Below, piece after piece: positions 55,791 to 64,000 of a stretch of 64,000 nt of DNA. Under the pieces are notes generated by a model, which had not been told where the DNA came from, made no database searches, and saw only the letters and a list, made by a program, of their open reading frames with translations. Source of the stretch: Octopus vulgaris (Eukaryota); contig OX597831.1 in NCBI GenBank assembly GCA_951406725.2, positions 49,228,001 to 49,292,000 of the forward strand, written 5' to 3'. The stretch's first letter is position 1, and the number at the start of each line of letters is the position of its first letter. Both the position numbers and the translations under genes were made by a program.

Positions 55791-56885
55791 ACACAGGAAG
55801 CTTTTTCCCATTCTTAAAAATCCATGTTGACATGCAATAAGATCAAACTCTAGAATGTTAAGCGAGTTTCTTTAACCATTCGCTCATGCTGTGCTGCAGT
55901 GTGACAGAAAGTCTGTCGCGTGTGTATAGGTTTAATTGCCCGGAAATTAACCCAGTTAATGCGACGTTTATGCGACTGACGGCACAAGACCCAGGCACCT
56001 CCACTGAACAGAAGCTGGTCACTCGCAAGATTAACCACCGGTTGTTTGTTACTGACACATACATTTAGTTGAGTGAACTAAAGCAACGAGTAACGAGGTG
56101 CCGTGTTCAGTGGTGGAGCTAGAGTGTGCCGCTCGGCAAAGCTCTTGAGTTTGCGACCTCCACCAGCACCCCCCTCCCCAAAGTGCTGCTCTAATAAAAG
56201 AGTCGCCTGGAGTAGACTGTTCCCGTGCCTCCTCTCCTCAGCTATGCTCTTGCCTTGTTTAAAGATACAACACGCCATTCGGCTAGAGAATCAAACCAGC
56301 GACCTTAACGATCGTGATCCTAACAACCAAACCACAATGTCACGCATTTTCAGACACCACAATGAAACAAATATAGCATATATCACTTACTAAGAGCATT
56401 GAAATGCTTGGTATTCTATTCCCGGACAGAATTCTTAAATACTGTTATTATTATTGGCTATAAAGACCTCCTTTAGAGCAAAGTTAATTTAATTAAATTA
56501 GTGCATATTTATTTATTTATTTAAGCATTCAATATTTGCAGTAAGGTTTCATTTTCGCTTCCACACTGCTCTCTTTATCTTCCTTTGTATCTCTGTCCCT
56601 CTTTCAAACACTTACTCTCTCAGTCTTTTTTTTTCTATTTATTCTCACATTTATGAGTTTATATTATGTCTTAACTGAGACATATCATAAACTATTTATG
56701 TGTATGAAAGAGCGAATGTGCATTATAAAGCGAGCCACGCAAATAAGTAATGGATTTCCATCGGTTTTAACGATGAGTATTTAGATGCTTGATCACGTTT
56801 TTCAAGTTTATTTCATAATGCAGTTTATGATTTGTTTACATTTTATACATCTGTGTGTGTGAGGGAAAGACCATGTATTTCTGCG

Positions 56886-56949
<64 letters not shown>

Positions 56950-57330
56950 AATGAGCTGAAATGCCTATGTATTTGTGTGTTTCTTGCGTGCTTGCTTTCC
57001 AAGTGTCTGATTTACACAGACATGCAGGTACGCACACATGCATATATGTAATAACTCCACACACAAGCTTCTATACGTTCTTTCATACACATAAGTATAT
57101 GTAAGTCGAGTGTGTATGTATGTATGTATGTATGTATGTATGTATGTATGTATGTATGTATGTCGATATTCAGTTTATTTCAAGATTTCTTGCCAATAGA
57201 GAAAGAACCAGTTTCTAACTTAGATCTAAGGTTCCCTCATTGGAATTTCAACATCAGCAGCAGGCTATTTTTGTATGTATGTATGTATGTATGTATGTAT
57301 GTATGTATGTATGTATGTATGTATGTATGT

Positions 57331-57831
57331 TGCATGGTCGGGTCGTCGGCGACTAAACCGGCAACCCCACCAAGCTTGCTTGGTGAGGAGGGTGTTTATT
57401 GGACACCCTGCGGGATGAAAAACAAAACCCGTCAAAGGGCGGAGAAACTCTTGAGAATCAACGGCCATCTAGTAAATGTCTTAAGGCTGTATCATGCGCG
57501 GGGACATAGAAATAATCGGACTGAATACCCGATCGCGCAGTTAAACCATTGGGAGTGAAGGACTCCTAGCCTTTGTTAGGGCATCCTTCTAGTAGAAGGT
57601 AACTCAGGTAACTGGGATAACTCCGACATAAAACCTGCGGCTCAGTGGTTACCGATGATGTTGGCTTGTTCTTCTTTTCGGATTATGGTTGCTGTTGCTT
57701 AGTGAGTGAGATTGACTCAGTGCACAGCCTTTCCTCACTTTACAAAAATCTTCTTGCACAGGTATTGCACGATAAGAACATTGATTAAGCTTCGTGCAAT
57801 GGCCATACTCGATAACGAGGGGGCGGCCACC
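57331..57831 (+). mobile_element. About 500-bp non-coding GC-richer insert in (TATG)n resembling an RTE-clade 5'UTR
   Basis: GTCGTCGGCGACTAA near the 5' end and TTGTTAGGGCATCCTTCTAGTAGAAGGTAACTC resemble recalled RTE 5'UTR motifs. Confidence 0.5.
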
Positions 57832-58218
57832 ATGTATGTATGTATGTATTTATGTATGTATGTATGTATGTATGTATGTATGTATGTATGTATGTATGTA
57901 TGTATGTATGTATGTATGTATGTATGTATATATGTATGTATGTGCAGATTTGTATGTTTTATGTATGTATTCTCATGCATATAGTTGCATATCTAGACAT
58001 GCTCATATATATTTAAAAGATAAACTTCTGGAAAGTTTTATAGATTTTTACAGTTCCAGTGATGGATTGGATCTGTAGTTTTCGAATTAGATTTCCCCTT
58101 TCTGGTTTCGGGAAGCCTAATTTCTCAAGATTGGTATTTAGGTAGGATGTTACACATCCCAAGACCCCAATAATGTATGTATGTATGCATGTATGTATGT
58201 ATGTATTTATGTATTATG

Positions 58219-58255
<37 letters not shown>

Positions 58256-58419
58256 ACACATACATATAGTTGTATATGTGTATACGTGCGTAATTATGAT
58301 AAACACAAGTATATATAATGTGTACCCTGGAACGGCAGCATTGTGCGTTCCATGTGCAATTGAAAGTTTAACCACAGCAGATCATCAAGGGAACACTGCT
58401 GTACTTTATGCTGTAGTCT

Positions 58420-58945
58420 CGGTTCGACCAAAGCCTTGTGAGTGGATTTCGTTGACGGAAACTGAAAGAAGCCCATCGTTTGTACGTATATTTATATCTA
58501 TAAAGTTAATCCAAACAAGAAAGCACAAAAAAAAGCACAACAACGCGAGGACGTAGAACAAATATAGTATTATTGGACGCTCAGGAAAGAAGGAAAGAAG
58601 GAAGGTTTAGCGTTTCGAGCGGAGCTCTTCGTCGGAAACATAGGAGAAGGAAAGATCCAGAGAAGGGAAGACAGAGGAAAAAAATCGCCAACGATACACA
58701 CGAGGCCACATATATCTATACATCAGTGTGTGTGTCTTTGTGTGTGTGTTTGCCCACCCCTCGCTTGACAACGGGTACTAGTGTATTTTCATACTCGCAA
58801 CTTATCGGTTCGGTAAAAAAGACCGAGAGAATAAGTACCAGGGTTTTAAAAAATGAGTATTGGGGTCGATGCATTCGACTAAAAACTGTTCAAGCCGTGC
58901 CTCAACATAGCCGCAGTCTAATGACTGGAACAGGTAGAAGGTTAA
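58420..58945 (+). mobile_element. Diverged SINE family A with a nested family H2 insert (58500-58710, minus strand)
   Basis: GACCAAAGCCTTGTGAGTGGATTT..GAAAGAAGCCC lies before the insert and CTCGCTTGACAAC..AGAATAAGTACC after it. Hammerhead motif at 58605-58639. Confidence 0.85.
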
Positions 58946-59145
58946 AACAATATATAAAAGATATGTATGTGTATATGTGTGTGTGTATTTGTGTGTGTGT
59001 GTGTGTGTGTCGATGTCTGAAAGGTGGTGAGACATTTCTGTAGTATTTCAGCCTCTTCCATCGAGACACCAGTGCTTCCCGATGTCAGGGCTCACCCATG
59101 ATGTAGGTGATAAAATCACGCACAACAGCACAAGCTCCGCTGAAT

Positions 59146-59255
59146 CAGATGTTGCGATTCTGGGCCAGATGTTGCGATTCTGGGCCAGATGTTGCGATTC
59201 TGGACTAGATGTTGCGATTCTGGACCAGATGTTGCGATTCTGGGCCAGATGTTGC
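59146..59255. repeat. 20-bp minisatellite CAGATGTTGCGATTCTGGGC, 5.5 copies
   Basis: Directly visible. Confidence 0.95.
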
Positions 59256-59412
59256 TATCACTGTCGATGCTCCATATTGCCGCACCACTCGTAACAGTTG
59301 TATGATTGATGATGATTGCACTTTAGCCATGGAAACAGCTGTAGAACAAAACAAATGAAAATTTGAAATGTCATTTAGTTGTTCGTAGTCTATTCATATA
59401 GGTGTGGGTATT

Positions 59413-59453
<41 letters not shown>

Positions 59454-59844
59454 ATGCATATATATATATATATATATGCACACACACATACATATATATA
59501 TATATATACATACATACATACAAGTGAGTAGACAAACAAAAGAAAAGGGCATATATATATTTAGTTGGAGCTACATGTTTTGTTTAAAATGTTTGATACG
59601 GTTCCATGCGACTTAACAGAAGCCCGCCTCTTTCAGGCTTTGGATTGCCACGGGCATCTGTTAGAAGCCTGCGAAACTTTAAGTGGCATAGAACTGTATC
59701 AAACTGCTTAATATATATATATATGTATGTATATATATAATATATGGGGAGAATTCACGAAAAAAACAAAAATATGTATGTATATATGTTTGTATAAATA
59801 TATGTATATATACATATATATACATACATAGAGATAAATACGCA

Positions 59845-60052
<208 letters not shown>

Positions 60053-60057
60053 CATCC

Positions 60058-60121
<64 letters not shown>

Positions 60122-61332
60122 ATCTATCTATCTGTCTGTCTCTCTCTCTCTCTATATATATATATAAAATGTGAGACAGAAAGACTGAAATAACTTTAGA
60201 TATTAGAAAGCCTGATTGTGAAAGAAATACAAAAGCGTAAAAGCATTCCTCTTTATGCTTTTGATAGCCGAAACATTAAATTACCCTCCCTAGTGATAGC
60301 ATAGTTTATGATTATTTATATAGAAGCTGAATATTCTATATCGTTGACTGAAAATGAAACCGAGGAATTGTTCGCAAAATAGAAAATAGTCAATCAGAAA
60401 ATTCCATCTCTTATTTTCGGCACATCAAATGCATAGGGAAAATGTTAGACATATCACACTTGAACTTACTAATTTTCTTTACTATTCATACTACAAACTC
60501 AATGAAACATTAAACTACATACGTTTCCGCTTCAGAACCTCCCTTGGAACATTATCAACCACCTAGTACCAAATATATTCTGCAAATTATCTAATATTTT
60601 TTTTTGCCAATAAACAAATATTCACAGACGCAGTACTTTACTTCAACGATGTACTATTTAGAAATAGTTGTAGAAGAAATAATCTCTTTTATAGAGAACC
60701 AACACACAGAACACAAACATGCAGAAATAACAAAAGGAAAATAAATATTACGTGGTTCACATCGCCATACAGCATTACTATAGCTACTCGTATAGACAAA
60801 ACTTCTAAACTATAATTTACTCTCTACAACATTCGTAGCATAAAAAATTGCTCCGGTCTAGATAATTTAGATAGTGAATAACCGCATGATGCGTTTATAC
60901 TGAGTTCTCCTTCTCCAGGTCGTGGCCCAACAACGGTGTACGTATGTGTAAATGTATTACACAAACACATAGACATTCGCCAATCTCACACATAGGCATT
61001 TAAGGGTCTAATTTTGCATTATAAATACACATATTCATCCCTGTCAAAATGTGAGTGTGTGCGTGTGGATGTGTGCAAATGTTAACACATGCACAATATG
61101 CATCTAAAGTTATAATATGGTCAAATCTACATTATAGAGGAAATATTTATGAAATTATGATAAAAGAGAATATTCTATAATGCATATAGTTCATTGATTA
61201 ATTGTTAGAGAAAGGTTTCGTGTGTTGAATGCTATACACCACATATATACCTACATACATAACATATACATTTATATATATATATATATATACACACACA
61301 TATATATACATACACATTATATACATATCTAT

Positions 61333-61404
<72 letters not shown>

Positions 61405-61423
61405 ATATATATATATGTATATA

Positions 61424-61465
<42 letters not shown>

Positions 61466-62027
61466 CATGCACATTTATGTACATACCATATATATATATA
61501 TATGAATGTATATGTATGTGTATGAATATATGTATGTGTATGTATGTGTATGAATATATACACATACATATATACTTATATGACTAACAACACACAAACC
61601 TAACTTCTACTCAACTATATCCCCATTCACACTCACACTTACATGCACACAGGCTCGCACACCAATTAGCACACGAGCACATACATAGACATGCAGATAA
61701 AATTCTTCCACAAACGTAACTGAATATTATCCAAGAATTCGTGTTTGTAATTGAAACACTAGCATTTTCCGCTTTGAAAATGTATTTTCATTATCATTCC
61801 GCAAGTTATCTATCTGTTCGTAAAGCTTATTAAATTACAAACATTTCAACGCAAAGAAAATCCTTTTCTCCACTTCACAGGAATACAGAATAAAATTATA
61901 CTGATACCTACTTTCTATTAACAGAAGAAAATATTGTAAGAAAGAAAAATATATGGAAGCGACGTAAATAATTGCAATTTAATACGTAAAAAAATATATG
62001 TAGTTATTATGGAATACCGTTACGTTT

Positions 62028-62505
62028 GTGGAGGCGCAATGGCCCAGTGGTTAGGGCAGTGGACGCGCGGTCGTAGGATCGCGGTTTCGTATCCTAGACC
62101 GGACATTGTAAGTGTTTATTGAGCGAAAACACCTAAAGCTCCACAAGGCTCCGGCAGCGGTGGTGGTGAATCCTGCTGTACTCTCTCACCACAACTTTCT
62201 CTCACTCTTTCTTCACGTTTCTGTTGTACCTGTATTGTGTCATGCTGAATCTCCTCGAGAACTACGTTAAGAGTACACGTGTCTGTGGAGTGCTCAGCCA
62301 CTTGCAAGTTAATAAATGAGCTGCGACGTCATTGGTGCCAAGCTGTATCGGCCTTTGCCCTTGGATAACATCGGCGGCGTGGAGAAGGAAGGCTGATATG
62401 CATGGGCGACTGCTGGTCTCCCATAAACAACCTTGCTCAGACTTGTTCCTCGGAGTGTAACTTTCTAAGGTGCAATCTCATGGTCATTCGGGACCGAAGG
62501 ACGTC
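62028..62505 (+). mobile_element. SINE family C, long full-length variant
   Basis: GTGGAGGCGCAATGGCCCAGTGGTTAGGGCAG (A box), GGTTTCGTATCC (B box); body shared with the 37466 copy but a different 3' half. Confidence 0.85.
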
Positions 62506-62513
62506 ACAATATA

Positions 62514-62554
<41 letters not shown>

Positions 62555-62678
62555 GTACACATACCTATATACATATATTCCTATATTTATATGCATATAT
62601 ACACATGCACACACATACACAAACTCATGTTACAAAAAAGTGAAAGGATACAGTGAACTTGCAGTGAGGAGTGGAATA

Positions 62679-62711
62679 TCCAACGTTTCGGATTCAATCC
62701 TTCGTCAGGGG
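62679..62711 (-). ncRNA. Minimal type I hammerhead ribozyme motif (PLE type)
   Basis: Minus strand CCC-CTGACGA-A-GGA-ttgaa-TCC-GAA-ACGT-T-GGA: intact core and palindromic helix III. It lies between inverted repeats at about 62633-62663 and 62765-62796. Confidence 0.7.
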
Positions 62712-62856
62712 TAGAGAAAGTCAAACAGTTTAATCCTCTCAGCTTGAAAAACTGGCTGCAACTGTTGCGAGTTCACTGTACCCCTTTCACTTTTTTCTAT
62801 ATTTTTTCAAGTCTTGCCGACACAGAGCTACTAGATTATTGCTTGATTATATTGAT

Positions 62857-63024
<168 letters not shown>

Positions 63025-63591
63025 TATATACATATATACATGCGTATATGTACGTTCATATGTTTACTACTATGCCATATTAGCTACTATTATGAGATTT
63101 TATTTAAAAGAAGAGATCAGGTCAACGGAGAGTGGAAGAGATTGTGTCTGTGTGGTTATTCGGTCTTTCAGTTGGAAACTTCAAGATATCTTTTCCAGGG
63201 CGAAAAACTTTAGTATTCGATTACCTATAACTAGGCCCCTTATCTAAGAGTCACTATTCAATCGTATACTTCCATGAAAAAAATGTGAGACACTCTGTGT
63301 AAGCTAAATGAAATCATTGTAAAATAATTAAGATTTCCTAAGTTGTAAAGAATATTAACGTTCGAAACGCTAACTGGAATAACAAGAAAATTGTAGAAAA
63401 GCTGCGTAATAGTCATATCAGACGTAGCATGCAGACCATCATATAACTTATATTATTTTTCTCTTTCGTTTTACGTTGACATGCGCATTGCCTTTTCCTT
63501 GTTCACTTTCCTTTTATGAATTCGGTATACGCATGCGCATTGTGTTCAAGCTTCTTTTCCCGGTTCCTATTCAAAAGGATTTATACGTATA

Positions 63592-63991
63592 CTAGCAGTA
63601 TCGCCCGGCGTTGCTCGGGTTTGTAAGGGAAATAACTATATAAGCATTTATAGAGAGTTATAGTAAAAAAATAGCAAAAAATGCATTAAAAATGGGAAAA
63701 AAATGATGGTAAATTTTATTTTTAATCGTTGACTCATCGTAGACATTTTTAGAGAGTTACTTCCCTTATATAATAGCGAAAAAATGCATTAAAATGGAAA
63801 AAAATGATGGTAAATTATTTTTAAAATCGTAGACTCATCGTAGACGCGCGCTAATACCCAGAAGGGCTCGATATGAATCACAACTATAAGATACCCGGTT
63901 TTGGTTAAACTGCACCGCAAAATGTGGGAGTAGTTAGGAATCTAAATCGTAGGAGACAGACAGCACGCAACCTCACTTTTATATATAAAGA
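63592..63991 (-). mobile_element. Complete non-autonomous Helitron (400 bp)
   Basis: Minus strand starts TC(TTTATATATAAAA) and ends CCCGAGCAACGCCGGG hairpin + CGATACTG-CTAG. Inserted between A and T with no TSD; internal repeat of about 100 bp. Confidence 0.92.
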
Positions 63992-64000
63992 TTACAACCA

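Noticed and set aside
59146-59255. 20-bp repeat as a CRISPR array
   Set aside because: The units are contiguous with no unique spacers; this is an ordinary minisatellite.
62028-62102. Functional tRNA genes in SINE heads (also 17140-17216, 24784-24850, 44572-44626)
   Set aside because: A/B boxes are present but acceptor stems are incomplete, and the sequences continue into repeat bodies.
63478-63545. Two CATGCGCATTG (NRF1-like) motifs as a promoter
   Set aside because: Short motifs with no linked gene or CpG-rich context; could be chance or repeat-derived.

Overview
AT-rich eukaryotic DNA saturated with microsatellites. The repeat landscape suggests a cephalopod such as Octopus (inference). 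No host protein-coding exon is recognisable, and almost all listed ORFs are microsatellite translations. The window is a layered transposon graveyard: at least four tRNA-headed SINE families, three Penelope-like (PLE) remnants, many short PLE-type inserts in or near (TA)n tracts that carry minimal hammerhead-ribozyme motifs and inverted repeats, R4/Dong-type and CR1-like LINE fragments, four Tc1/mariner relics, hAT-like and Tigger-like MITEs and one complete non-autonomous Helitron. The most unusual item is a 5'-truncated R2 element lying outside the rDNA (40727-41640, minus strand). It keeps 24 nt of its canonical 28S 3' flank, and its 3'UTR holds a segmented antisense copy of the 28S sequence downstream of its own target site, with G-U-compatible substitutions. 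All alignments were made by eye, reference motifs were recalled rather than searched, and boundaries of degenerate repeats are approximate.
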